Below, one piece after another: positions 26,691 to 40,689 of a stretch of 64,000 bases of DNA. The notes below the pieces were generated by a model, which was not told the DNA's origin, searched no databases, and saw only the letters and a list, made by a program, of their open reading frames with translations. Position 1 is the stretch's first letter. Every line of letters begins with the position of its first letter. Both the position numbers and the translations under genes were made by a program. Source of the stretch: Felis catus (lineage: Eukaryota); assembly GCF_018350175.1 (NCBI RefSeq), contig NC_058368.1, positions 158,536,001-158,600,000 of the forward strand. Reading direction: 5' to 3'.

Positions 26691-29600
26691 GTTTGACTAT
26701 AATTAACTCTTTTCTGAGAAGAAATTGAAAACAATATATTTTTTAGAAATCTGACCAAGCAGCAGAAGGAGATTTTACTTTGCAAAGTGCATACTCTTTG
26801 AACTGGTTTTATGAGTCATCTATACAAGATGTGACTAAAGTGACACTGATTCCATGTCTCACATATCAAGTCAGTCATTCTTATTCATGTGAAATAAAGT
26901 ACAAAAAGTTGCACTGTGTTTTTATATCCGAGATAAATATTTGTTGTTACAAAGAAGTAGTACAGGTAGAGCAGTCTCTTGAGGTATATGCTCTGCTGTT
27001 CACTCTCTAGGGGTGAGCTTGGGCAACTGCATTCCACAAGCATCGTAGATGACTCTTGCACATAATAAAGGTTGATCATGATCCAGATTTATAGTAAGTA
27101 AGCATTACAAAATGTCCTGTGAACATAATATACATTTTTGGTAGTAAGAAAATGGGTAAGAAATTATGTTTGTAAGGAAGCAGATAGGAAAATGTAAAGA
27201 TGATATATGTTGACCCACAAGGAGCCTATAAAAAACAATTGAAATATAGTTTCTGACCATTTGTTAAGTACCACTATGAATGCCACACCATGTATCCTCT
27301 TAATCCATGTCCTGAAACAATAGGAAGACCTTGGGCAGGAACCATTAGTGATACTCTAGATTTATGGAAAGGGAAAATTTCTTGTTTGAATTTGTATCTG
27401 GTGGTCAAGCCTCTGTTTTTGAGGGAGGAGTGTAGCCTAGTAGTTAACGGGCTATACTTTGGAGCCAGATTATCTGGTGCACTGGTATGATTGTAGGTGG
27501 TCATGTGACTCCCTGAGCCTCATTCCCTCAGCTACTGAGTGGAGACAGTGATCGTACTTATAGTGTTATCGTGAGGATGGGGTTAATTTATGTGAAGTAC
27601 CTAGAATAATGTCTGGCATTTTGTTATTAATGTTATTATTGAAAAAAAAATCTTCACACACAGTATTATCCTTATTACATGAAATCTAGAAAATGGAGAA
27701 CAAATCACCTTGCTGCAACTATTATCATGATTACTTCTTTTGAGTCATTTTAAAAATATTTTTTACTTAGTTGATACCATTGTGTATAAGTGATTTTTAT
27801 ATCTTGCCTTTTTTAAAAACAAAAAACTTAACACATATAATATTTGACTTCATCTTTACTGCTAGACACTTGACTCACCATTTGTCTCTTAAAAAAATGT
27901 CTCCGTAGAAATTTAGGGTCTTAAATGTTTTGTTATTGTATGAACTTCTTCATAAGAATGCTTCTCAGAAATGAAGACTGTTATCTTTTGTGATTTAGTA
28001 CACATTTCTAAATTGCCCTTCAGTTATGTGGTAATAATTTGTAATGCCAGTTGAAATACAGGTGCGTGCCAGTTGAATTGCAGTTTCACTAGAGTGGAGT
28101 GTTAAAACAGTCTCATTATTTGAAATGCTAAGAACATTTCATAATGTTGTATCTTTGATTAATATCACAGCCAGAGGTGTAAGGAAGGGCAGCCTTCTTT
28201 GATGAAAACAGAACTTCCAAGTGGCCTTGGAAGGATAGACCCTGACTTAAGAGACAACAAATAATCCCATCTCCATTTTTGGACCGATAAGGAAAATTTT
28301 CAAACCTCCCAGTAGTATATAAGTTTTTTGGTAGTATTAGAAATAATGGGACAATGAGAAATCTGCTTTTATGTGCCCATAATTTTTAGCTCAGTTTGTG
28401 TGTGTTTCTTAAACTCTTTTTGAGATTCACACCCCAAAGCCTAGCTCATGTTTTCATGCTATAGCCTTTTCTCCCTAAGCCTGTACCTGGCACTCCGTGC
28501 TTCTGCTGTCCAAAAGTGGTTTCGGCAAGTCAAACGTGCTATACTGCCTCTTGTCTCTGGGCCTTTGCAGATGCTGTTTTCTTGACTGGAAGAACACTCT
28601 TGCCTTTCCACCTCCTCGATTTATTGCTATTCATCCTTCAGGTCTCAGTGTGCCCATTGCTTGCTCCAGGAAGCTCCAGAAAGGCAGAGATCATGGCTAT
28701 ATGAATCACTTTTGTGACTTTAGCACCCAGTAGGCACACAAAATTTTTTTGAATGAATAAATTTTAGTTTGTAATGAAGTCACTCAATATCAAATCTCAC
28801 TGTAAAAAGTTTTAGGAAAAGAACATTTAGAGCCTGATGAAATGATATCTTCTTTTCCCTTCATTTGGAAATATTCTTGCTATAGGGGAATATACAAAAT
28901 GTACTATAATATAATTGGTTTAATCTGGAGCTGGAACTGAGCCAATAGATGATGAAAGCAGTGTCTGTTACTTTCTCTTCTCAACTGTTACTTCCCTTGC
29001 TGCTGCTGTTTTAATTCCTGGCAGTTCCAGTTCTGAGTGCCCACACTGAAAATGTTCTGTCCTCACAAAAAATTGTGTTGACCCTGAGGACAGTTGAGTC
29101 TTCTTGGTTCTTAATGCTCAAGTGACAAGCACTCTTATTTTAATTGCATCTTAATTGTTTTCTATTCTCAAAAGAAATGTAGCAGAGACAGTGACTCTAG
29201 AGGCTAATTTTTTGACTTTAGTACATTGTGTTAACGTGGTGGTTTGTTAAATCTGTAGTATATTTCCATGTGTTGTAAGGCCAGGGTTGCTGGCTTAGTA
29301 CACAGCATTCAGTCAAATATAGGAATTTATATTTAATCAAGATTTTTGTCACTCTTCCCCACATACATGAATTTGGAATGATTAACAGTTGTTGTGCATA
29401 AGAAAGTCTGAAAGGGGCCATTTTTTCAGGCCACATATTGAGGAAATTACACTAAAATAGTGTCTTTCTCTCCCTTCCCTTCCTTTTTCTCTCTCCCCTT
29501 TTCCCTCTCTATCCCCTCCCTCATCCATATCTTACTCAGATCTAAGCTCTTTAACTATAGGAAATCTTTATATTACATCTAACTTGAAACATGATATCAC

Positions 29601-31330
29601 TGTGCCAGAAATATTTATCTGAAACTAAAAGACATGCCATTGTCTTTGAATGAAAGGCATTTGGAAAAAAAAAAAAATAAGGAAGGGCATATAATTAAGG
29701 TATTTATCATGTGCCATCCTTTGAGCTTGCCTGCTTCCCCCTAGTAAAATAACGAGAATAAAAGGGTATTGGAGAAAGGAATGCTTTTGAACAAGAGGGG
29801 ATGCAGTTTAAATGCATGTATCATGCTAACCCTCTGGAGCAAGTTACACAGGAAAATTTTCAACTTTGTTGTAAAAGCTTGTTTTTTTGTTTCTGTGCTT
29901 CAATGTTTCTGTTTAAAACAGTAGTTGATTTTCAAAACTCATTGACAAATGGTTTTTAAAATCACTACTAAATTACTTCATCTGCTCCTGCCATATAAGA
30001 TTGGAGTTACTCTTTTTTAATACTCAATGGACTGTGAAAATTGAACTCTTAATCTGTTAATGATTATAATGAATTAAAAACATATGAGGGTAGCCTCATC
30101 CACTTTTGAGCTGCAGGATGTAGTTACCTCCCTTGTGTGCAAAGCTATTATTTTTTGATACCTGTGGTTTTAAGGTCCTTCATTCTGGATCATTCAGAAG
30201 ACCTGAAAGAGACTAGTATGTTGATTCTTTAAATGATAGCTCTTCTCTCCATGCTGTTGGCTGCACTGCTTTATATTCTGTCATCGAGATGACAGTAACA
30301 ATTTCAAGTACACTCCCAGCTGCCCCTCTCCTCTCTACTGTCTCGAATTGGCTAAGTTTATAACATGGCAAATTGCTTATCAGCCAAAATACACTGTATT
30401 TCAGTATTTACATCCATCCAGGGGAAGAATTGCCATACTTATCATTTCTTGCCTCCGTTTTTGGGGAAAGGGAGATTTAGAGCTCTTTAGTCCTTCTTCC
30501 CAAGGGCCTTTCTTGATAAAAGCTCGACAGGAAATTGTGTTTGTAACCTGGAGAATGTCAATGTTTTTGCCATACTTAATGATAAAGTTAATTTCATTAG
30601 TCATCATTTTGTTAAAATAGCTCCAACCTGGAGCAGCTACTTTGTCATCACAATTATTCCTTAGAACTTCCTTCTGCTCTACAAAAAGAAATAAATCCTA
30701 TTAACGTAATCGATCTTTCCCATCTGCTGCTGTATCAGCAATATGGGAAATTTTTTAGTGAACAAGACTGATTATCTGATATTTCATATTAAGACATGAT
30801 CAGAATGTAAGTCTTTCCCATCATAAACATCCTTTGTAGTTTCAGCAGAATTGGAGTACTAAAATATTAAGAGAATTTGATAAATTTTAATAATTCTTGC
30901 TTTTGAAGTTGATAGACCCTGAGACTTCAGGTACCAAAGGGTTTAAATGTATTTCTAAAGCATTTTATGTGCAAAAACCATCATACAGAGTTGTTTTGAC
31001 AGTAAAAATTTTAAGACAGCCTAAATATTTCCGAAGAGGAGGTTGGTTAAACTGTGGTAGGTTTTTTAAATGGAATTTTATGAAGTTATTTGAATATTGC
31101 TTATGAAGATAATGGAAAAATGGCTGTGGCTGAAATCTGTTAGGTAAAAAAGCAGTACAAAAATAAATGCACATCTATCCACTGTATGAAATATTACATT
31201 ATTTAAGATGTGTATAGGAAAGGTCTTGGCAGGAAATATACCCCACAATGCTATCCCTGGCAGACTGGCTGACTGTAGATTATTTTCCTTATCTCTACTC
31301 CTCTTATATAATTTTTAAAAATTAGTACTC

Positions 31331-31519
31331 CTTTATTTATTTATTTGAGAGAGACCATGCAGGTGGTGGGGAGGAGCAGAGGGACAGAGAGAGAATCTTA
31401 AGCAGGCTATAAGCTCAGCACAGAGTCTCATGTAGGGCTTGAATCTACAACCCCTGGGATCATGACCTAAGCTGAAATCAAGAGTCAGACACTCAACCAG
31501 CTGAGCCACCAGGCACCCC
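31331..31519 (-). mobile_element. CAN-SINE
   Basis: gagaatcttaagcaggc...gagccaccaggcacccc. Confidence 0.88.
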
Positions 31520-32343
31520 TAATACTCTTTACTTTAAGAGGACTACTCCTGAAACCATTATTAGCCTACATGTTAACTAATTTGGCTTTAAATAAAATTT
31601 AAAAAAAAAAATTGGGAGGAAAACTTATAAACATCTTTCAAACCCTATGTAGATTTCTTTTGAAAACATTTGCCGTGGCATAGTTATCTTGTTCACTTAT
31701 TTAGTAACTCACCAAGTATTTTTTGAGTACCTGCTAAGAGCAGTGTTCTGGGCACTGAGGGATTAGCATTAAACAGAATGGTAAGTTCATGGACCTATAT
31801 TCTAATAAATAGTAAATCTTAAGATGCTTAGAGGCATACCCTTAACTATTATATTAAATCCAAGCCTTGTTGCCAACTTTAAAGGACATTTCTTGATTAG
31901 TAACTTAAAGGATGTTAAAAATTCCTACATAGATTTTGTAGTCAGGTTTTATAGTAATATATTTTTGTCATCTTGTATTTTATAGCTCCTTATTAATTGA
32001 AATCATTCTATATAAATTTCTATGAATTCTCTCAACATTTATATATGTAATGGTAGGGGCCCCAAAAGTGCATATCACCATATTTTCTTTTTCTAGCAGT
32101 AACATTTATATGATATTCTACTTGCCTGACTATATTAAATTGTAAGATTTTTGACAGAAGGGATATATCTGTCCAGTTCACCATTAAATAAATAATTGTT
32201 AATGAATGGTGATCTTTGCTAACATTAAAATAACTGCACTGGGAGGCAGACATTTAGTTTCTTAGTAGAATAATTAAATGTAAAAACATCCTATATTAAC
32301 TTTGAAACAAACAAAATGTCCACTTAATACTTTTTCTTCCCCT

Positions 32344-32346
<3 letters not shown>

Positions 32347-32395
<49 letters not shown>
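32347..32395. repeat. (CT)n microsatellite forming the pyrimidine tract of exon ~12
   Basis: About 24 CT units ending ~20 nt before the acceptor AG. Confidence 0.95.
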
Positions 32396-32398
<3 letters not shown>

Positions 32399-32414
32399 CT
32401 TTGGTCTGTATTAG

Positions 32415-32598
32415 GTGTCATCAATCTTACAGAAGAAGTGCAGTGGATCAAAGTCAATACAAACATGAATGGCTATTATATTGTACACTATGCAGATGAT
32501 GACTGGGAAGCACTAATCAAACAGTTGAAAACGAATCCTTATGTCCTGAGTGACAAAGACCGAGCCAACCTCATCAACAACATCTTTGAACTTGCAGG
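32415..32598 (+). CDS. LNPEP: LNPEP coding exon (~exon 12): VINLTEEVQWIKVNTNMNGYYIVHYADDDWEALIKQLKTNPYVLSDKDRANLINNIFELA
   Basis: tattag| acceptor after (CT)n, GG|gtagag donor, 184 bp. Confidence 0.96.
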
Positions 32599-33729
32599 GT
32601 AGAGTGTGCTTGGTTTGGGTTTGTTTATTTTTAAACAAGTGTTATTGTGGGGGGGGGGGGGGGGAAACTTTAGAAAAACAGTTCAAAAGAACTGGCATAT
32701 ATTGCCTGTTAGGTATAATTCATTTTGGATGATTGGGAAGATATAAAATACAATCCTTGCCTTCATTGGTGTTACAATCTGTATAGAAACATCAGCTACA
32801 AACATATTGAACAGTTAAGTAACAGTTAAGATTACAATATTAACAACCAGGACACATGTTTGCTGAATATATTGATCTAGGAGTTCAGGCTTTGCTTTAT
32901 TTCATGAGAGAATTCTTTTCAAGAAGCTTGGTTAGTTCTTACCCACTGGTTTGAGTGATGTCTCTCAGAGTTGGGGCCTTCTTATTTGGTTACAGCTTGC
33001 CTCCCAACCACTCTGTGCATTATAGAATCCCAAAACCAAGTGTGGTCGTGACCGTGTGTGTTTGATATCCTCCAAATAATAAGAGTACCAGCTTAGGCGG
33101 TTAATGGGTCTAGAGACACACAGAATATTCTAAAGTATTATTTTGGACTGCTCTTGACCTTCTTTTGGTTCATTTTTAATGAAGTAACTATTGATCATCT
33201 CAGCCATCATTGTTATGATTTCTCTTATGTGGTTAATTTTTAAAATGCACTCACCATAAATTCACAGTGGACCTTGACTCAACGAGTTTGACAAATTCCC
33301 ATACAAATAATAAGATATTTTCTTTTTGATTCAGATCCTCTTTATGCCACTTGTTCTCGCCTGGTAAATATATGAAATGAATAAATAAATAAATTAATTA
33401 ATTAAATAAAATTAGTACTCTTCATCTTTTCTCATCTAAGACACTGACTTATGTCTCAGTAGCATGACTCAGTAGCAATTTATAGGTAACTTAGGGAATA
33501 AAACCTGAGCTATTGTTTATCTTTCTCATGAAATGTATCTTTAACCTTGGGTCACACACATGAACTTAATCAAAGATAATAATATTTAGTCTAACTTTAC
33601 AGAATGCCACTTTAAGCTTACATTTTAGTTCTTGAAGACTCACCATCTATTCCTGAAGTTTCTCAGCATGTGTATAGAGTTCATCTGCTTCTCTCAGCAT
33701 ATTGACTTTTCTGTTCTTTTACCCTTTAG

Positions 33730-33886
33730 CCTAGGCAAGGTGTCTCTTCAAAGGGCCTTTGATTTGATTGATTACCTTGGAAATGAGACCTATACCGCCC
33801 CCATCACTGAAGCCCTGTTCCAGACAGGCCTCATCTATAACCTCCTTGAAAAGCTGGGACACATGGATCTGGCCTCAAGAGTAGTG
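33730..33886 (+). CDS. LNPEP: LNPEP coding exon (~exon 13): LGKVSLQRAFDLIDYLGNETYTAPITEALFQTGLIYNLLEKLGHMDLASRVV
   Basis: ctttag| acceptor, GTG|gtgagt donor, 157 bp. Confidence 0.95.
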
Positions 33887-35183
33887 GTGAGTCTACCTTA
33901 TTGCCAACTTGTCTTTGTTGCTTGCCTTTAATGTGTCATTCACAGTTCTAGGCTGTAAAGGCAGCCGGTCACATTCCCTTTTCTTCACTCTACTAGTGGT
34001 GAAATCTTTACTTTGAATCAAAATGGCATTGCTTACCAGGAAGAATTGATAAAGGCTTAGCGTGACATGGTATTGTTTGAATGTCAAAATACAGCCTTCT
34101 GACACTGCTGCCAAAATGAGATCACATGAAAAGAAAACTCTCTTCAAATCTCAGTTTATTTCTATATAATAAATGCTCAAAATGGGTCCTTTTGCAATGT
34201 GGTGTTCCCCACTGATTTCCTAGTGGTCATTATGAAATGACAGTTATGTTTGTATTGAAGAATATTCTGTTTTAGGAGTCCTTACTGATAACTGTCTTAT
34301 GGATGATGATGCGGGTGGATAGATTTATCTACAGAGCACTAAAGGAATCTTGGTAGTGGTGACTGCTTTACTTTTTTAAAACCAGTTTCTTGATCTTAAC
34401 AGTTGTTAGTTTAGACACTTTCAATATTAAACTGTTGACAGAGTCTTTAAAAGCTTGGGAAGGAGAGATGAATTCTTTGTTTCATCTTGCTCTCTGAATC
34501 AGCACATTCTGACAATAAGGTTTGCTTTATGAATCAGTCAGGTTTGCCAGGGCCCAGACAAAAGGAATCTCTCAGAAAAAGGAAGAAAGTATTAGAATAG
34601 AAATGAGAATTTCTTTTAGGGTTTTGATGTTCTTACTGGTCAAAGGAATGGGTTAGATTACATCTCTCTCTCTGTCTCTGTCTCTGTCTCTTTCTCTTTT
34701 TCTCTCTCTCTCTTTTTTTTTTATTATTAAAAAAGAAACAACCTCCTTTTTGCCTCTTACTGTTCTGCACGTCCCCTGTTATGAGTTCTCTCATCACAGT
34801 GACGGGAGGCAGTACATGGCTGGTGGGCCATATGGAGCTTGAAAAGTACCCTTCTTCCCAAGTCTCTGATCTGACCCTAAAAGAGCCATGCCTATCCTTA
34901 CCCATAACTGTAATATGTAAGTTAGATGATTTCTGAGGTTTTTTCAAACTGTTAGGATTTTTATCATTCTTCTATATCATAAGGCTATCTATCACCATCC
35001 TTAATAAAAACCAGAGTCTTCAGAATGTGACTCAGCGCATAGTGTTACTCAATAAATATTGAGCAAATGAGTGAAACACCCCAGAAACTGGTACATTTCA
35101 GTGCTTGTTTTATTCTGCACACCATGCTTAGTGCTTAATGTAGATAACCTTGTATAATCTTCACACAATGCCAGATAGATACT

Positions 35184-35384
35184 TCTTTTATTTTTTAATG
35201 TTTATTTTTGAGAGAGCATGAATGGGGGAGGGGCAGAGAGAGAGAGGGAGACACAGAATCCCAAGCAGGCTCCAGGGTCCAAGCTGTCAGCACAGAGCCT
35301 GACGCTGGGCTTGAACTCATGAGCCATGAGATCATGACCTGAGCTGAAGTTGGACGCTTAACTGACTGAACCACCCAGGCACCC
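35184..35384 (-). mobile_element. SINEC_Fc-like SINE inserted in a MIR-like element
   Basis: TSD TGCCAGATAGATA at 35169-35181 and 35385-35397. Confidence 0.92.
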
Positions 35385-35879
35385 TGCCAGATAGATATTT
35401 CTACCCCTATTATAGGGATGAGGAGACTACTTAACTTCCCCAAAGTCATTTACCAAGTAAATTTTAAAGCTGAGCTTCAAACCCAGATTAGTTCCACTCT
35501 CAAGCCCACCATTTGTATTATATTGCTGTATTTTAAATTAATTTGTATTCTAGCAATGTCATCTTTCAAAAGATACCTTTTTGTTGGAAAGATCAAGGCT
35601 GTTTCTTTCCTATCATTTTTTTTAATTGAGATTTTAAATTAAAACAGTTTGAAAAACTTGTAGACCATGTGTTTAAGGTTTAAAATGACGGACTTACATC
35701 TAGTTCCTTGAAAATAAAGTTGTCAACTTACTATTTGAGAATTCTTTTATATGCAAAATGTTAATGACTTTTTTAATAGTATTTGTACGAATTTTCAAGA
35801 AGTATGCAAATAACATATTGATCTCTTTAGGGCTCCAACACTGACTTTCTCCTGTTAGTATATCAAAGAAATTGGCCAT

Positions 35880-36920
35880 TTGTTAGCCACTTCAGCAACC
35901 ATAGCTGGACATGTGCATTGTTCGCAGTTTGCAGCTATTATGAATCACAATACTATGAATATTCTTATACATATCTGTTGTGAATATCTGTATGCATTTC
36001 TTTTTTTTTTTTTTTTTAATTTTTTTTTTCAACGTTTATTTATTTTTTGGGACAGAGAGAGACAGAGCATGAACGGGGGAGGGGCAGAGAGAGAGGGAGA
36101 CACAGAATCGGAAACAGGCTCCAGGCTCTGAGCCATCAGCCCAGAGCCCGACGCGGGGCTCAAACTCATGGACCGCGAGATTGTGACCTGGCTGAAGTCG
36201 GACACTTAACCGACTGCGCCACCCAGGCGCCCCTGTATGCATTTCTATGGGCTGTGTCTGGAAGTGAAATTGCTGAGTCATAACATATTCGTAGTTAATA
36301 CTGTACTATCAAATCGTTGTTCGACATTATAGCACTTTGTGCTCCGTCAGCAATGCATGAGAATTTGAGTTCTGTTCTGGGTCTATATCCTTGCCAACAC
36401 TTCGTATTAATAGTAAATCTTACTCCCTTTAGCCATTTGGTTGGGAGCATAGTGGTATTGCAATTTTGGCTTTAGTTTGTATTTCCCTAATGACTAGTGA
36501 AGATGAATTCCTTTTGATTTGTTTAATGACCATTGGAGGTACACTTTTGTTAAATGCCCAAGTCTCTGATGTTTTTTCCATTGGATATTCTGTCTTTTTC
36601 TGATTCATTTGTACAGCTCTTTATATATTCAAGAGATGAGTCCTTTGTTGCTCTTGTACATTTACAAGTATCTTCTCCCCCTCTGGCTTGCTTTTTCAAT
36701 CTCTTAATTATGCTTTTTGATTAGCGTAAATTCTTAATTTTAGTGTATGAAATCTGCCAACCCAAGGATATTCTCCTTTGTTCTCTTCTGGAGATTTTAT
36801 TATTTTACCTTACACGTTTAGATCTATGATCCATCTGGAATTGATTTTCGTGTATGCTGTGAGTGAGACACAAAGATTCATGTTTTTGATACAGCTATCC
36901 AGTTGGTCCAGCACCAGTGT
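35880..36920 (-). mobile_element. Old L1M ORF2 3' fragment, interrupted by a SINE
   Basis: Degenerate L1 antisense text (tccttgccaacact, gtatttccctaatgactagtga, gatctatgatccatctggaattgatttt). Confidence 0.75.
36002..36233 (-). mobile_element. Young SINEC_Fc-type SINE
   Basis: Long poly(T), CpG-rich, TSD TGTATGCATTTCT at 35989-36001 and 36234-36246. Confidence 0.95.
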
Positions 36921-37016
36921 GCTTCATTGTATACAGAGATTTTTCTCTTATTGAGTTTTTATAACTACTTTTGAGGTTATTAGTGCCATATCAAATCAAC
37001 ACCATTTGGGGTAGTT

Positions 37017-37468
37017 TTTTTAGTTTCCTCGGGCTGCCATAATAAATTAGTAAAACCTGTTGTCTTAAAACAATAAAAACATATTCTCCCACAGTTCTGG
37101 AAGCTAGAAGGCTAAAATTGAGGTGTTGGGAGAGCAGATTGGTTCCTTCTGAGGGAGAATCTCTTCCATGCCTGTCTCCTAGCTTCAGGTGGTTGCCAGC
37201 AATCCTTGGCACTCTTTAGCTTATAGATGCATCACTGTAATTTCCGCCTCTGTCTTTACATGGCATTCTCCCTTTGTTTCCGGGTCCAAATTTCCCTGTT
37301 CTTATAAGGGCACCAGTCATTAGATTAGAGCCTACCATAATTCAGCATGACCTTACCTTAAATTGGTTAAATCTGCAAAAACCTATTCCCAGATAAGTTT
37401 ACATTCAAAGATTCTAGGCAGACCTGAATTTTGGGGGTGGGGGAGGGCACACTATTCAACCCACTATA
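37017..37468. mobile_element. MLT1-type (MaLR) solo LTR
   Basis: tagtttcctcgggctgccataataaat...cacagttctggaagctagaag...ctattcaacccacta match typical MLT1 termini. Confidence 0.75.
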
Positions 37469-40359
37469 GGTAGCAATAAATAACTACATACCACTCGGGT
37501 TTTTTTGTTTTTTGTTTTTTTTTTTTACTATTAAAGGATAGTGTTTGGTAGTGAATATGCCTTAAGAGCAGAATATTCTTGAAGCTGCCCAGCTAGTTAA
37601 ATTTCATGTTGGCAGAAGCCATTCTTACACCTGCCTCTCTCCAGTCACTCTGTTGAGAGCCTAGTGTCAGAAAGCACTTGATACTTACCTCAAGCTATCT
37701 CTATGCTGTGAACACAGGTGCTAAACTCAATCTAAGAAGTTAGACATTTTGAATATTTTCTTACTGTCATGCTTGAGTAACTCTGCGTCTTCATCCTAGA
37801 TGATCGTTTCCAGTTTGCTGGGCAGGCGTGTGTTTATGAAGAACATACTTCAGGGTGGGGTCCAGAGGACTGATGCTTAGAGGGCAAGAGCAGCCTTAGT
37901 GTATATGTGTGAGCCTGTGGGCCCTTTTACTGCTGTAGATCTCGTACACTTGACTGTTAATTAAAGGTCAGGTTAGCTTTAGGTCATCAAGAGGGAGAAA
38001 CTGTCTCTGAAATTGTTATTCCATTCTTAGGACATTCTGATGCCATCAACACTCTCAAAATATGAAATCTGACACTATAGTTGGATTTAGAATGGCGGAC
38101 ATTTCTGAGTTCTTGGATCCAATCCTCAGATAGTATTTGTAATTAATACTGGTGTCTAATTAATTTTTTATGTTGTCATCAGAGCATTGTATAAATATAT
38201 TGGTCATTTTGTTATTTAGACTGCACATGCCTACATGTGCACACACCTCTGAATCACATTTAGTGATGTATGCTGTGGTATGGTGGTGCATAGAGTCTGG
38301 AGGCACTTTTCAATTGTGTCAAATTGTTCACATCTGATGTTAACATCTGATCCCAGCCATATTCCTGTTTCATCACTTACAAGTCTGTCATTCTTTTACA
38401 CATGAGGGATTGTTGGGATAAACCTTTTGCAATAAAAGCTGACACTTCACATTTAAGAAGCTCACTTGACCCAAGAAAGAACTCCCTGGGCATATCAGTA
38501 TAAAATTAAAGCAGTAAATCACAATGTAGTACATAGTATAAATGCCGCCGCCATCTTTCCTGTCTTTTTTATTTTTAAAATCATTTTGTGTTACTGTTCT
38601 TGCATTTTATTGCATACTCAGTGTTTGTAGCTTGTCTAACCCATCTGGTTTGTTCTCTTCCCACTTGCCATTTTCATTTTATGAAATCAGGGGATTGGAT
38701 TCTATTGGTTTATGAGTTTAAATTTAAAAAAATAATTTAGAACCATGGAAAAACAGATTCTAGGTTTGAAGTACTTGCGATATGGTTTATTAATATTAAA
38801 AATATAACCTGGATTACTTATAAAACTAAAACAGCAGGAATTTTCTGAACACAGAATTATTTCTAAAATAAAATCTTTCGCTCTATTATGTTATCATTTG
38901 AAATATATGTAAAGTCAACTATTTGAGAAATTCATCTTAACTATTTGGTATCAGAAATAATTAGTAAAATTGTACCCTATAATTCCGGTGGAGTAACTGC
39001 TTAGGAACTGGCCTTAGCATCTTCTAGAGTCAGGGTTCCCTTGCTTCCAGTGCTTTAAAGTACCTTTTTTCCCTACTGGTTTCTTTATGTTTTAGTAAAC
39101 TCTTATTAACATTGACATTTTTCTCCACTGAGTTTTTTTAATAGTATTTCAAGCATGTAACTTTTTTTTCCCCCCTCTGATTCTTCCTTTGTATCTACTT
39201 GACAGTTAGGAGCAGTTTTTAATTTTCTTGTATTCTTTATTCATTTGGGATGGTTTGCTATCACGCCATTGAGAAAGGCCACTGGGAGACAGCATGTCCA
39301 ATGCAGCCATGTGTATACAATAGGATCTCCTGCATTGCTTTTATGTTCCTTGGATTATCAGTCAGCATGGCAAGTATTTTTCCACTTCATGTCCTCGCAA
39401 TGACTCACAGGCTTTGTTACTCACACATTCCACAAGGTGTCTGTTCTCTATTTCATTTCTTTTGAAGCAAGCAAAAGTAAGTTGACATGTTATCACAAAT
39501 GTGGAGTCCTTCTCCTTGCACAGATTCTTCTTTTCATTCTCATAGCTCCACAAGAGACTTACTTATGGAAGATCTGCTAAGAAAATGGCCTCAGCAGTTT
39601 AAAACTCTCCAAGTAGGATTCATTTTAGGTATTAACACTGGTACTCTGGAAGAATATGATGCTCTGTGAAGAACTTGAACTTATTTTCTGGGGTGTAAGA
39701 GTGTTAAAAACCAATGAATCTAACATACAGGTGTTCACCATACTATTCTTGTTGCTTTACTATAGCTCTGAAAATTTTTTTTAAATAAAAAGTTGAGGGG
39801 GGTTGGGGAAATAACTATAAGCAACTCTTCTTTCCTGCAGGCCTCATTTTCTTGCCTCTTTGTTTACATTAATTTGTTAGATCATCAAGCTAGTTGATAT
39901 TTTAAGTATCCCTTTAATATTGGATTCAGAAGCATTTAGACATGTACTTATCAGTAAAGAAGCACATTTTTCTCACATTGCTTTATGGGTTTATGGATTT
40001 AAAGTCACGAGGTCAGAAAGTTTCAACTGGCTTCTAGCAGTGGCTATAGGTGATACTTTTTGGCAGGAAAAATCTCGCTGAGTACACACAGAAGAAATTC
40101 TCCTTACCGCATAGAAGTAATTCTTTTTTTTTTTATGTTATATAATTAAGAGTCCCCATTGGCTATAGCAGCCTATGAATAGCCTTTCTTATTGAATGGT
40201 TTTGCCCCAGTTGTACTTAGGCTTCATGTGTCATTTGATATTTATTGGGTAATAACTATGCCCCCCTTTTTCTCCTTGGGTAAATGTTGGGGAAAAAAGA
40301 TCTTGCTGTCCTGATTTTTTCTGGTTGTCCTAATTATTATTAACATTTTTTCTCTCTAG

Positions 40360-40544
40360 GCCAGGGTATTTAAGTTACTTCAAAGTCAAATCCAACAGCA
40401 AACTTGGACTGATGAAGGCACCCCATCTACTCGAGAGCTTCGGTCAGTCCTGTTAGAATTTGCTTGCACCCACGGCCTAGAGAACTGCAGCACTGTTGCC
40501 ATGAAGCTCTTTGATGATTGGGTGGCATCTAATGGAACTCAAAG
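40360..40544 (+). CDS. LNPEP: LNPEP coding exon (~exon 14): ARVFKLLQSQIQQQTWTDEGTPSTRELRSVLLEFACTHGLENCSTVAMKLFDDWVASNGTQ
   Basis: ctctag| acceptor, AG|gtgaca donor, 185 bp. Confidence 0.95.
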
Positions 40545-40689
40545 GTGACATGTGCTTCTACTCCGATGAACTCTCTTACTCTTTCTTAAGTTAATATCAT
40601 ATACTGAAACCAGGATCTTTTCATCCTGGAGTATAAATGTTATAAAACCAAGTGTTAATGTAGGTGATTTCTATGCACTTGTATTGTCA

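Noticed and set aside
33725..33735. Alternative acceptor TAGCCTAG 5 nt downstream
   Set aside because: It would shift the frame; the upstream AG fits phase and homology, and there is no evidence of use
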